DNA from: a virus
DNA: 64,000 nt
Direction: 5' to 3' (one strand)
Virus record (IMG/VR): IMGVR_UViG_3300013132_000026
Coordinates: 32,001 to 96,000 of that record
Of this stretch, positions 27,702-38,400 are shown one piece after another (position 1 is the stretch's first letter; each line of letters opens with the position of its first letter). Made by a program: the position numbers and the translations under genes. The notes under the pieces are model-generated. The model saw only the letters and a list, made by a program, of their open reading frames with translations. It was not told the origin of the DNA and ran no database searches.

Positions 27702-29599
27702 AAAAAACTGTAGTTCTCCACAGCAACCATAGTCGCATCTTTACAGGATTCGGCAAGAACATGAAGAATGTTCTTTTGTATTTGCACAAGACTGGCAAGT
27801 ACAATTTAATCGAGTTCGCCAACACAAAGCACAAAGATGCTCCCGAGCTACAAACGCTGCCTTGGAAAGCCGTTGGGACACTACCAGATCAAGCTCAACT
27901 TGCTCAGATTCAGTCCGATCAAAACAAGCTCCGCACCGCTACATACGGTCACTACGAGATTGACAATCTAATCAAAGAGTACAAGCCAGACTTCTATATC
28001 GGCATCGAAGATATTTGGGCTCTGTCTCCGCTTGCCGAAAAGAAGTGGTGGAACAAGAACTGCATGATTTGGACGACGCTCGACTCGACTCCGCTATATC
28101 ATGAGGCGATCAAGATCATCCCAAAGGTTAATCATTACTACGCTTGGGCTTCTTTTGCTGGTAAAGAAGTAGAGCGTTTAGGTCATCCGAAGGGTTCGAT
28201 CAAGACGCTACGAGGAGCCACCGAAACTTCTTCATTCTTTGCTCTGTCAAACGAAGAGAAGAAAGCGTTGAGAAAAGAGTTTGGATTGAACGACGAGTTC
28301 ATTATCGGTTTCGTGTTCCGCAATCAGCTCCGAAAGAGCGTTCCGAATCTTCTTCAAGGGTTCAAGCAATTCAAAGAAAAGAATCCAGCGTCTAAGGCGA
28401 AGCTCTTGTTGCATACGCACTGGAGCGAAGGCTGGGATATCGTAAAGCTGATGAAAGATAATGGCGTCAGTCCGAGTGATGTTCTCACAACTTACTTTTG
28501 TAAGAAATGCAAGCAGTACGAGGTTAAGCCATTTAGAGGCCAAAAGATCGCGTGTCGTTTCTGCGACGGCAAAGATACTGTTGAGACCACCAATATCACG
28601 AACGGAGTAAGCGAGCAGCAGCTGAACGAGATCTACAATTTGATGGATGTTTACTGTCATCCATTCACTAGCGGCGGGCAAGAGATTCCCGTAACCGAAG
28701 CGAAGCTGACTGAACTCGTTACTCTAGTAACAAACTATTCTTGCGGCGAAGATTTTTGCACCGAAGAGAGCGGCGGTATGGCGTTGAGTTGGAAGCCGTA
28801 CTTTGAACCGGGCACTAACTTCACAAAGGCTACCACGCTTCCAGAATCAATCGCTGATAAGCTTGAGCGTGTCTATAAAATGTCCCTTTCGAAGCGGCAA
28901 GAGGTGGGCAAGCGGGCAAGACAATTCGTTCTAGACAACCTCTCTGCTGAAGTAATTGGTCGCAAGCTAGAAGAGATCATCGACAATTCGGGTAAAGTTG
29001 ACTGGAACTACGAGTCCGCTTTCGAAGCTCGTAATCCTAAATATGAACCAGCCGACAATCCAAATGATGTTGAGTGGCTGATTGATATTTATAAAAATGT
29101 GCTGCGCATGACCGTCGATGCTAATGATGACGGCTTAAAGGGATGGATGTCTCAGTTAAAGAACGGAATCAGTCGCGAACAAATTCTCGACTTTTTCAGA
29201 AATACGGCAGTCAAGGAAAACAACGAAAATGCCAAAGTAGATTTCAATGACTTGCTCGACAAAGACGACAAAGGTCGGCGCATCTTGTTTGTTCTGCCTC
29301 AAAGTGCTGGCGACGTGTTTATGGCAACGTCGCTATTGCCATCGATCAAACGTGTTTACCCAGACTACAACATCTACTTCGCGACGAAGCCAGAATTTTT
29401 TGAGATCTTAGACTGCAACCCCTACATTCATAAGCGGCTAGTGTTTAGTCCATTCATGGAAAACTTATTGAGCATGGAAGGTCATGCTGGAGGCGAAGGA
29501 TATTTCGACATCACGTTTATCCCGCACATTGGAACACAAAAGATGTTCGACTATCAGCATAACGGCAAAGACATCCTCGAATACCAAACGATCCTTTAA
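27698..29599 (+). CDS. Multidomain glycosyltransferase (GT4 with Zn-finger insert, DUF4214-like domain, GT9 N-half)
   Basis: TGFGK, RNQLRK, CKKC..CRFC, SGGQEIPVTEA; IYKNVL..DDGLKGW; QSAGDVFMATSLL...NPYIHK. Confidence 0.8.
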   Translation: MKKTVVLHSNHSRIFTGFGKNMKNVLLYLHKTGKYNLIEFANTKHKDAPELQTLPWKAVGTLPDQAQLAQIQSDQNKLRTATYGHYEIDNLIKEYKPDFYIGIEDIWALSPLAEKKWWNKNCMIWTTLDSTPLYHEAIKIIPKVNHYYAWASFAGKEVERLGHPKGSIKTLRGATETSSFFALSNEEKKALRKEFGLNDEFIIGFVFRNQLRKSVPNLLQGFKQFKEKNPASKAKLLLHTHWSEGWDIVKLMKDNGVSPSDVLTTYFCKKCKQYEVKPFRGQKIACRFCDGKDTVETTNITNGVSEQQLNEIYNLMDVYCHPFTSGGQEIPVTEAKLTELVTLVTNYSCGEDFCTEESGGMALSWKPYFEPGTNFTKATTLPESIADKLERVYKMSLSKRQEVGKRARQFVLDNLSAEVIGRKLEEIIDNSGKVDWNYESAFEARNPKYEPADNPNDVEWLIDIYKNVLRMTVDANDDGLKGWMSQLKNGISREQILDFFRNTAVKENNENAKVDFNDLLDKDDKGRRILFVLPQSAGDVFMATSLLPSIKRVYPDYNIYFATKPEFFEILDCNPYIHKRLVFSPFMENLLSMEGHAGGEGYFDITFIPHIGTQKMFDYQHNGKDILEYQTIL

Positions 29600-29600
29600 T

Positions 29601-30785
29601 ATGCATTTACTAGACAGATATGCCTTATCTTGCGGCGTCAAAGCTGAAAAGCCATTCATTGACGAAGCTTACTATCCACTATCGGAGGATAACTACATCG
29701 TTTTCCAAACGAGCGGCAAAGGAAACTCTCGCCAGTACGATTACTGGTCGAAGGTATTTAATCTGATTCGCGAGTACGCGACCGACTACAAGATCATTCA
29801 CGTTGGATTACCCTCGGACCAAACAGTTGGTGGCGTAGACATTGATCTTCGCGGCAGAACTTCGATCAAGCAGTTGGCTTACGTTATCAAGAACTGCAAG
29901 ATGTACCTCGGAGTTGACAGTTTATCGACGCACCTTGCTGGTTTTTATGATAAAAAAATCGTGTCTCTGTACTCGTATAGTTACGCTCAAAACTGTGGCC
30001 CAGTTTTTGGCTCGCCCGAGAACAAGACGCTAATCGAGGTAGACTGGAAGAAGCATGGCAAGCCCTCGTTCTCGTTCAACGAAAAGGAAAAGAAGATCAA
30101 TACGATCTATCCCGAAGTCATTGCTCGCGCTGCGCTCAAGCAACTTGGCGTAGACAACGATTTAGATAAGTTCAACACGATTCATATCGGAGAGCTTTAC
30201 CACTCTCCAACTATTGAAATCATTCCAAACAACCTTCAGATCCACTCAATCGTAAAGGATAAAGTTTGTAACGTTCGAATGGACCTTTTCTTTGGTGAGG
30301 ACGTTTTACTTTCTCTCGCGAGATACGCTTCTATCAATATCATTACTGATCGAGAGATCTCACTTGAAAAGATTTTGCAAATCAAGCAAAAGATTGTTGG
30401 CTTCACGATTGTTGCGAACGATTCAATTTCAATCGCTTACCTTTCCGAGTTGAAAACTCTCGGTATTAAAGTTTCTCTAATAGCTCCAGACGGGCCAGAC
30501 TGGTCTCGTTTGTGTGCGAAATTCTTCGACTTTTGTCTTGACAAGGAGGATATCATCACTAAAAACGATGTAGAAAATGCAGATCAGATCGACGACACTT
30601 GCGTGTTCTCTTCGGAAAAAATCATACTTTCCGATGGAAAAGTGTATTCCAGCAAAATAGCATGGAAAAGCAATTCTCCGAAAACATCGAGAACAACAAA
30701 GGTTGTAGATCACCCAGATTTCTGGGAGGAAAGCGAGCATTTTCATATCTTCAAAGATGAGCGACCAACAAACTCCAATTATTGA
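29601..30785 (+). CDS. GT9-like glycosyltransferase C-half plus unknown domain
   Basis: DLRGRTSIKQLAYVIKNCKMYLGVDSLSTHLAG; start at ATG 29601. Confidence 0.75.
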   Translation: MHLLDRYALSCGVKAEKPFIDEAYYPLSEDNYIVFQTSGKGNSRQYDYWSKVFNLIREYATDYKIIHVGLPSDQTVGGVDIDLRGRTSIKQLAYVIKNCKMYLGVDSLSTHLAGFYDKKIVSLYSYSYAQNCGPVFGSPENKTLIEVDWKKHGKPSFSFNEKEKKINTIYPEVIARAALKQLGVDNDLDKFNTIHIGELYHSPTIEIIPNNLQIHSIVKDKVCNVRMDLFFGEDVLLSLARYASINIITDREISLEKILQIKQKIVGFTIVANDSISIAYLSELKTLGIKVSLIAPDGPDWSRLCAKFFDFCLDKEDIITKNDVENADQIDDTCVFSSEKIILSDGKVYSSKIAWKSNSPKTSRTTKVVDHPDFWEESEHFHIFKDERPTNSNY

Positions 30786-31542
30786 CGTAAAGGCTGACAC
30801 GAAGCCACAAAATTCAAGCTTACGCGACGAGCGAGGGCTTTTAAAAGGAATAGATTACATCCTTAATAAGGACGGGACAGTAAACTGGCGAGCAATGATC
30901 AACCCCGCTCACCTCTATCCAAATAAGGATTGGTTTAATCGCCGCAATCTTCCGACCCCAGAGACGAGCGAAGGATTGCGAGACGAACAGCTTTTGATTA
31001 GGCTCGGAGGAATCAAGGAACTGGCAAAGCTTCGTGGATTCGAATGCGTTGACTTCGACTTGCTTAAGCTTGAGCGAGATTACGTTGTTTCGAAATGTAC
31101 GATTAGCTGGATTCGTAATTTTGAGTGCACGTCCGAAGAGTTCTTTTGCTTCATTAAGAATTCCGACGTTGCGAACGCCACGACCGAAAATACTGACGGT
31201 TTCGGGCAAAAGTTTCTAGAGACTATCGCGGCTAACCGCTCGTTTGTTCGAGCCGTTCGTAACTTTCTTGGCATTCATATCGTTGGGGAAGATGAGATTG
31301 CGAAGAGTGGCAGCGGAGGCAAGACTCAAACGGCTGACGGGTCTGCTGACGTTACTCCACAAGCCGTGCTGTCAAAGAAGTTCCAAGAAGTGATCGGCGG
31401 CGAGTTTCCCGATTTCCGTGAGTGGCTCCGCACGCTCTGGAAGGAAGAAACGTATCGCAACGAAGAAGCGAAGAACTGGAACTCTTGGTCCGACGTGCCA
31501 AGCAAGGAAGCTCGCACGTTACTCAAGCACCTCAAGTTATGA
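30757..31542 (+). CDS. Putative Rad52-like single-strand annealing protein
   Basis: GGIKELAKLRG...DVANAT...ETIAANRSFVRAVRNFLGI. Confidence 0.5.
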   Translation: MSDQQTPIIDVKADTKPQNSSLRDERGLLKGIDYILNKDGTVNWRAMINPAHLYPNKDWFNRRNLPTPETSEGLRDEQLLIRLGGIKELAKLRGFECVDFDLLKLERDYVVSKCTISWIRNFECTSEEFFCFIKNSDVANATTENTDGFGQKFLETIAANRSFVRAVRNFLGIHIVGEDEIAKSGSGGKTQTADGSADVTPQAVLSKKFQEVIGGEFPDFREWLRTLWKEETYRNEEAKNWNSWSDVPSKEARTLLKHLKL

Positions 31543-32009
31543 TCAAGAGGATTGAAAAAGTAACAGAGCTTCGCGAGGTTCTCGATCAGATGGAAAAGTC
31601 TGACCGTTTAGATCTCGTTCTGAAGACTCACAAGCACGTTGCGGGAGATTGGGACTTGCCTCACTTAAAGAGTGAGCTTTCGCATCTCCTGCTTTCTTTC
31701 CGAGACAACGCCGTTGTCTACGTTTACTTTCGCGACGGCAAGCCAAACTCGATCTTTGCGGGACTGATCTCGCAAGATTGGGCTTGCGGCAAAACGGGAC
31801 TCAATGAAATCATTTGGGTCACAACTGGTAAGTCTTTTCTCGATGGAGTTATTGTTTTACAAGAAATCGAGAAACTAGTGGCACAGAGAGGTTTAGATTA
31901 CTTGTCGTGCCACTGGATGTGTAACGGCGGCGATCCGCGAGTGCAGATGTTCTATATGAACAACGGCTTTCGTCTCGATACACTTACCTTTGTAAAGAAT
32001 TATAAATAA
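31539..32009 (+). CDS. GNAT-like acyltransferase-fold protein
   Basis: EIIWV...LQEIEKLVAQRGL...FYMNNGF pattern. Confidence 0.55.
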   Translation: MIKRIEKVTELREVLDQMEKSDRLDLVLKTHKHVAGDWDLPHLKSELSHLLLSFRDNAVVYVYFRDGKPNSIFAGLISQDWACGKTGLNEIIWVTTGKSFLDGVIVLQEIEKLVAQRGLDYLSCHWMCNGGDPRVQMFYMNNGFRLDTLTFVKNYK

Positions 32010-32083
32010 TCGCCAGTTGGCGGTTTTACATGGCAAATGATTGGGGCTTTATGTAAAGCCATTTACCTTATTTTACTTTTAAG

Positions 32084-34384
32084 ATGAAAAAATCAATGAC
32101 AGTTAAAAAGAGAAGCGGCGACATCGAGAAGTTCGACGCTGACAAGATTAATAAAGTTTTACAATGGGCTTGCGACGGCATTTCCGGAACCTCGTTCGAG
32201 GAGGTCGGGATGAACGCCAACGTAGCTTTCTTTGACGGTATCTCGTCCAAAGACATTCACAATACGCTAATCGAAGCTGCTGCGGGGCTAATTTCTGAGG
32301 AAAAACCTCAGTATCAATTTGTTGCGTCTCGCTTACTCAACTATCACCTCCGAAAAGAAGTTTGGGGAGGGAAGAATGCTCCGAAACTGATTGATTTTGT
32401 AAAAGAAAATATTAAATATGGCGTTTACGATCCAGACATTCTTAAGTGGTACGATGATCGCGAGTTCCATAAGTTAGACGAGTTTCTGAAACACGACCGT
32501 GACTTTGACTTCGCTTATGCTGGTATCAAGCAGCTTTGCGACAAGTACCTCGTTCAAAATCGGACAACAAAGAAGATTTACGAGACTCCACAGTTTGCGT
32601 ACATCTTGATCGCTATGACTCTGTTCAGGGGTTATAAGGAGAATCGCCTACAGTACATTAAGAAAGCTTATAGCTACTTTAGCCAGCACAAGATCAATCT
32701 GCCTACCCCAATCATGGCGGGCGTTCGCACGACGCTAAAGAGCTACGCCTCTTGCGCTTTGTTTACCGTAGATGACACGCTAAATTCGATTTTCTCGAAC
32801 AACTCGGCTGTAGGTATGGCTACGGCAAATCGATACGGAATTGGCCTTAATATGAGCCGAATCCGAGCCGTTAATGCGCCCGTTAAGGGCGGCATGGTTA
32901 GTCACACGGGTCCAATCCCATTTTTGAAGATGTTCGAGTCTACCGTAAAGAGTTGCCACCAGAACGGCATTCGCGGCGGCTCTGCTACCGTAAACGTTTC
33001 TTGGTTTCACCACGATATCGAAGATATCCTCGTTCTCAAGAACAATGCGGGTACTGACGATAATCGCGTTCGCAAGCTTGACTATTGCATCGGCTTTGAC
33101 CGCGTATTCTATGATCGCGTCCTAAACAACGAAAAGATCACTCTTTTCTCGTATCACGAAGTTCCCGAGCTTTGGAATCGATTCGGCTTCCCAGACTTTA
33201 AGGATCTTTACCTTGCCGCAGAAAAGAACGCGAAGCTGAAGTTTAAGAAGACGATGAATGCCCGCGATCTCTTTATGCTCTTCTCGAAGGAGCGTGTAGA
33301 GACGGGACGTATCTACGTCATGAACGTTGACCACGCAAACTCGCACGGTTCTTGGCTTGAGCAAGTGGACACTAGCAATCTCTGTACGGAAATAACTCAA
33401 CCATTAATTCCGATTTCAGATCTTAATGATAAAAATGGAGAGATCGGTGTTTGTATTCTCTCTGCCGTTAATCTCCTCAAGGTTGACAAAGACGAGATGG
33501 AACCCGTGTGCGACGTTATTGTTCGAATGCTCGAAGAGCTTATCGACCACCAGAACTATTTTGTTCCTGCCGCAGAGAATTTTGCGAAGCGTCGTCGTAG
33601 CCTCGGCGTTGGCGTCACGAATCTCGCCGCTTACTTGGCCGATCTTGGCGTAAAGTATTACGACAAGGCCGCGCCGAATAAGGCGGCGGCAATCATGGAG
33701 CTTGTCAGCTATAACTTGATCAAGGCGTCCGTTGAACTGGCAAAGGAAAAGGGTGCGTGCGAAAAGTTCGACAAAACAAAGTTCTCGCAAGGTATTCTCC
33801 CTATTGATACTTACTGCAAGAACATCGATGAGTTCGTAACCGAAAAACTTCATTGCGATTGGGAATCGCTGCGCAAAGACATCAAGCAGCACGGTATGCG
33901 CCACAGCACGCTCACTGCGATCATGCCCGTAGAGTCGAGTTCCGTTATTCAGTCATCGACAAACGGCATCGAGCCACCACGCTCGCTGATTTCGCAGAAG
34001 CGTTCAAAAGCTGGCATTATCCCAGTTGTCGTTCCTAATATCCGTTCGAAGAAGAACGACTACACGCTCGCATTTGAAATGCCAAATAACCACGGCTATC
34101 TTAAGGTTGTCGCGGCGCTTCAGAAGTTCACCGACATGAGCATCTCGACCAACTTGTACTATAACGTTAATCGTTATCCGAACAAGATTCCGAATCAAAC
34201 GGAACTGCTCGGAGACATTATGATCGCTTACAAGTACGGAATTAAGAACCTTTATTACACAAATACATTTGACGGCGACACACAAACCGTCTTAGATTCA
34301 ACTCCTAACCCAACCAAAGAACCCGCAAAGCAGCCAGAAACCGAAGAGGCCGATGGCTGCGCTGGTGGGGCTTGCACGCTGTAA
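32084..34384 (+). CDS. nrdA: Ribonucleotide reductase class Ia alpha subunit with ATP cone
   Basis: VKKRSG cone, ETPQ, PTP, SC, RGGSA, SNLCTEI, MPVESSS and TNGIEP motifs; C-terminal CAGGACTL. Confidence 0.97.
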   Translation: MKKSMTVKKRSGDIEKFDADKINKVLQWACDGISGTSFEEVGMNANVAFFDGISSKDIHNTLIEAAAGLISEEKPQYQFVASRLLNYHLRKEVWGGKNAPKLIDFVKENIKYGVYDPDILKWYDDREFHKLDEFLKHDRDFDFAYAGIKQLCDKYLVQNRTTKKIYETPQFAYILIAMTLFRGYKENRLQYIKKAYSYFSQHKINLPTPIMAGVRTTLKSYASCALFTVDDTLNSIFSNNSAVGMATANRYGIGLNMSRIRAVNAPVKGGMVSHTGPIPFLKMFESTVKSCHQNGIRGGSATVNVSWFHHDIEDILVLKNNAGTDDNRVRKLDYCIGFDRVFYDRVLNNEKITLFSYHEVPELWNRFGFPDFKDLYLAAEKNAKLKFKKTMNARDLFMLFSKERVETGRIYVMNVDHANSHGSWLEQVDTSNLCTEITQPLIPISDLNDKNGEIGVCILSAVNLLKVDKDEMEPVCDVIVRMLEELIDHQNYFVPAAENFAKRRRSLGVGVTNLAAYLADLGVKYYDKAAPNKAAAIMELVSYNLIKASVELAKEKGACEKFDKTKFSQGILPIDTYCKNIDEFVTEKLHCDWESLRKDIKQHGMRHSTLTAIMPVESSSVIQSSTNGIEPPRSLISQKRSKAGIIPVVVPNIRSKKNDYTLAFEMPNNHGYLKVVAALQKFTDMSISTNLYYNVNRYPNKIPNQTELLGDIMIAYKYGIKNLYYTNTFDGDTQTVLDSTPNPTKEPAKQPETEEADGCAGGACTL

Positions 34385-34388
34385 TAAA

Positions 34389-35444
34389 ATGAAAACTGTA
34401 CTCAACACAATTAATCTCGACTCGTTAAAGCAGCCGCTTTTCCTTGGAGAAGACTTGGCTATTCAACGGTACGACCGTTTGAAGTACCCGAAGTTTTACG
34501 AGCTTTACGACCAGCAGATCAACTTCTTTTGGCGACCCCAAGAGATCAATCTCACAAAAGATGCCGCCGATTACAAGACTCTCTCACCAGAAGAGCGTTT
34601 TGTTTTCGATAGCAATCTTCGCTTCCAGACGATGACCGACTCGATGCTTAGTCGCAGCATCAACTCGCTGTCCGATTATGTTTCGAACCCAGAGCTAGAA
34701 ATCTGCATGAACGTTTGGTCGTTCTTCGAGACTGTACATAGCAATAGCTATACATACATTCTCCAGAATGTTCACCCCGACGCGACCAAGTTCTTCGACT
34801 CGATTCTCGAAGACAAGGAGATCGTGAAGCGTGCTCAAGCCATCTCTAGCCGCTACGATGCTTTGCTTAACACGCGAAGCACCGATCCTAAGCAGCAGAT
34901 TCTCGATGCCCTTATCGCTACACAAATTACCGAAGGCTTAACGTTCTACGTTTCGTTCGCGTGCTCGTTCTACTTTGGCTATCGCGGAAAGATGGAAGGC
35001 AACGCAAAAATTATTAATTTAATTTCTCGCGACGAGAACCTTCACGTTGCTATCACGCAAAATATCATTAAGATCTTGCGCGATCACCCGAGCGAAGGCT
35101 TCCAAGAGCTTCTCAAGAAGAACGAAGATCGAATCTACGAGGCTTACAGAATGGCAGTGGACGCAGAAAAGGAATGGGCCGATTATCTGTTCTCTAAGGG
35201 AAGCTTGATCGGTTTGACTGCCGACTCGTTGAAGCAATACGTTGAGTGGCTCGCGGATAACCGCTTGACATCAATGGGTTACAATAAAATTTATAACGCT
35301 AAGTCCAACCCACTCTCTGGCTGGCTTAATAGCTTCTACGACTCCAAGAAGGTTCAGGTTGCCCCGCAAGAAACGGAAATCTCGTCCTACGTTAAAGGCG
35401 TAGATAACAAGATTGACGAATCCGTCTTCGATATTAAGTTTTAA
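34389..35444 (+). CDS. nrdB: Ribonucleotide reductase class Ia beta subunit
   Basis: FWRPQEI, ETVHSNSY, EGLTFYVSF, RDENLH and APQETEISSY motifs. Confidence 0.97.
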   Translation: MKTVLNTINLDSLKQPLFLGEDLAIQRYDRLKYPKFYELYDQQINFFWRPQEINLTKDAADYKTLSPEERFVFDSNLRFQTMTDSMLSRSINSLSDYVSNPELEICMNVWSFFETVHSNSYTYILQNVHPDATKFFDSILEDKEIVKRAQAISSRYDALLNTRSTDPKQQILDALIATQITEGLTFYVSFACSFYFGYRGKMEGNAKIINLISRDENLHVAITQNIIKILRDHPSEGFQELLKKNEDRIYEAYRMAVDAEKEWADYLFSKGSLIGLTADSLKQYVEWLADNRLTSMGYNKIYNAKSNPLSGWLNSFYDSKKVQVAPQETEISSYVKGVDNKIDESVFDIKF

Positions 35445-38400
35445 GTGTCGAGGTAGAGAGTATCGGCGTTCAGATCGACCCAACCTTTCGGCGTAAACTC
35501 AAGAACTACTTGTTCATTTGGTTTTACGACCGTTAAGGTTGGGGATTCTGCCGCTTCGCCACCGTCTCTATAAACAACGTAAACATCAGCAGCCTTACCG
35601 AACGCTGGCTTGTTTACGAACGTTACAGTATAACCAATTGGCGGATTCGATGGAATTTCAACCGTTGAATCGCTGATTGGCGTAACAATCTTAGTGTCAT
35701 TCAGATCGTCTGGAGATAGCGTCAAATCAATCGTGCTTTCTAGCACAACGTAGCCTCCGCTGCCAGTTATTGTTTGACCGTTGTAAACGAACACAACGCC
35801 AGCTAGTCCAGACTTTGCGCCGATAGTCGTCCAGTTAACGGTTCCTTGAACCGTGATCTTGTAGCTCCTATTAACCATCAAGTTCGAGCCTGTGGCTTCG
35901 ATTTGTGGTCTTTCTGCTGCATTTACTGGTGCAGGAGGACGCTTGCCATCAAGAATGTATTCGGTATAGGTAACTGCTGGTGGCTCGTCGGCTCTATCTT
36001 CCAGATAGCCGCTAACAACTGGGGACATTACGCCAGTGCCAAAGTCGTCTCTCGGCAGGAACTTGAAGTAGTACCATTGCTCGCGTTGAATCGTTGGCCC
36101 GCCAAGCTCAATAAGGTTCAAGTAAGAGCGGCTTGGGATAGGATAGATAGCGTGCAAGTTACTTCTCGTATCTGTGTCTGGAGTAAATGCTTCAGAACTA
36201 CCAGTATAAATGTCTACCGAAAGAACGTCTTTGTTCGAAGATGCTGAGTAACAATAGAATTTAATCGCATTATAAGACACGCGATCTTGAACGACGGAAA
36301 CTGCAACGCCCGAGAAGCCAGTTTGGTTTGCGTTAGTGATGTCGGCAAAATCGGCAGTACCCAAAATATTACCCTTTGTTCTTGGAAGAGTTCTCGCCTC
36401 TTCATAACCGTAAGTTTCCCAATGCTCTCTTCCCCAAGCGTCTTTTGTCTTTGTGCCGCCTTGCAATACTTCCGACTCATAAGCGTTCAGCAAATCGGGC
36501 CACTCGTTGACATAAGCTTCGTAGCTAGGATCGCCAAGACCAGAGTAGTTAATGTCGATACCATTTAGAGTAGCAACGCCAGCAGAGCTTAATCCTGTTG
36601 CAGACTTGAATGCTCCAGAGATATCTCTGAACGTGATTTCACGATCAGCATTCTCGCTTCTTAACAGATCTCCAGCACTTGCGCCAGCAGACCAATCTCT
36701 AATACCCGAGCCGCTAACGATATTGTTTTCCCCACTATTCCAAACTGCGACTCTTGTGAACGAAGAGTTCCCGTAGTAGCCCGAGAAAACATAATAGGGC
36801 GAGAACTGATAAGAGTCTACTACGTCAATTTGAGAGTATGCTGGAGCAACATTGTAAGCGTCGAAAGTTCCTGTAAATGGATTATTATTTACGTCTCTTA
36901 CGACGACTCTTAGTCTATAGTTTCTTTGCGCAGGAGAATCGGTAGTCTTGATGTCTGCCGTTGTGCCGCGCATCGAGTATTCTTGATTTTTCTCTTTTGT
37001 TAGCGTATACGAGAAGCCTTGATAGCCAGTATTGGATTCTAGTAAAGTTCCACCATCAGAGTATAGTTGAACAACGATATTCGGAGCGTCTGGGAAGAAC
37101 GGATTGTTTCTGAGAGAATCTGGTGAATTGATTCTGTCGCCAACGGGATCAACGTAAGACCAGCGGAACGTCAAATCTTTTGACGTGAAGTTCCCTTGCC
37201 CAACTCCCGAGAATGTTGCTCCGTAAGTAATGTTGTATCGCAAGCTTCCAGTATCCGCTGTATCAAGGTAGAAACCAGTGATCGCGACTCTATCTAACGA
37301 TGTGCCGCCAATTGTTGCGGTGGACAATGGAAGAGCGACTGCGCTTATTGATGCTGAGTCTTCGGACAAGAATCGATACGGCGTAGCTCCTTGAGCGTAG
37401 ATATCGATATCGTACTGTCCCCAGTTTGAGTTAACTGGAATCGTGTAGTCGAGAGAAGACGTTGATACGGCTTCAGTAATTGCTCCCGGTACTGAACTTG
37501 AGTAGTCTGGGCGGCTAATATAAAGCTTATAAAGTGGCGGCGAACTTGGAGAAGCTCCCCAGTTAACATAAATGCCAGTTGTGACGTTCGATTCATCTTT
37601 ACGCAAAGTAGTTGTAACGGGCGTAGTTGGAGCCTGTGGCTTTACTACAAGGTCGTAAGGAGATTGAACGTAAAGGTTTGGCGAAGTGTCCGAGATGTCA
37701 TTCTCGATAAAGTTTTCTTTATCTGGATAAAACTCGACGCCAGCTACCGAATAGTTATTCGCCTCTTCTTCTTTAACTGTTAGAGTCTTGTAAAGCTTTG
37801 GCTCAACACCAGAACCGCTCAACAGATAAATCGACCCATCTTCAATAAGATTAATCTTTGTTGGCAAGGTATCTACAGCTAGCGAATAGAAGCCTTTGCC
37901 ATAGCCAGTTCCATAAACCAATCCGCTATAGCCAACACCATCAGTTTCGCTGAGAGTTCTGATATCTGACTGTCCGAGGGTTCCGCCTCCAACATAAACA
38001 CTCAGCCCAAGCGCAGCAAACGCACCAGAAACGTGTGCGCTTGTTAAACTTGTCGTGATCGGAATCTTCGTGGAGCCATAGAAATCCTTGGGGAAACCAA
38101 TGGTTCTGTGGTCGTTAATTGTTCCGGCAATCCAGTACTTTGTCTCATCCGTAGCGAACGTTGCTGAAGACGTGTGGCCAGCCTTACAGCGGTAAATAAC
38201 GCCAGAAACATTTACGATCTTATCTATATCATAATAAACGCTCGCTCTCCAGTCGTCATACTTAGAATTCGAACTGTTTCCAACATCAACATTTAAGAAA
38301 GTATAGTACGGAGTCATCTTGCTTAAAGCTAGAAGATCTCTGTAATTGAATCTAATCTTGCCAAAGTCATTGAGCGATTTTGATGCTCGCTCGACAATTC

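Noticed and set aside
20411-34384. Inteins or introns in dnaE and nrdA (also dnaB and recA)
   Set aside because: Protein lengths and motif spacing are normal, with no intein blocks or LAGLIDADG inserts.
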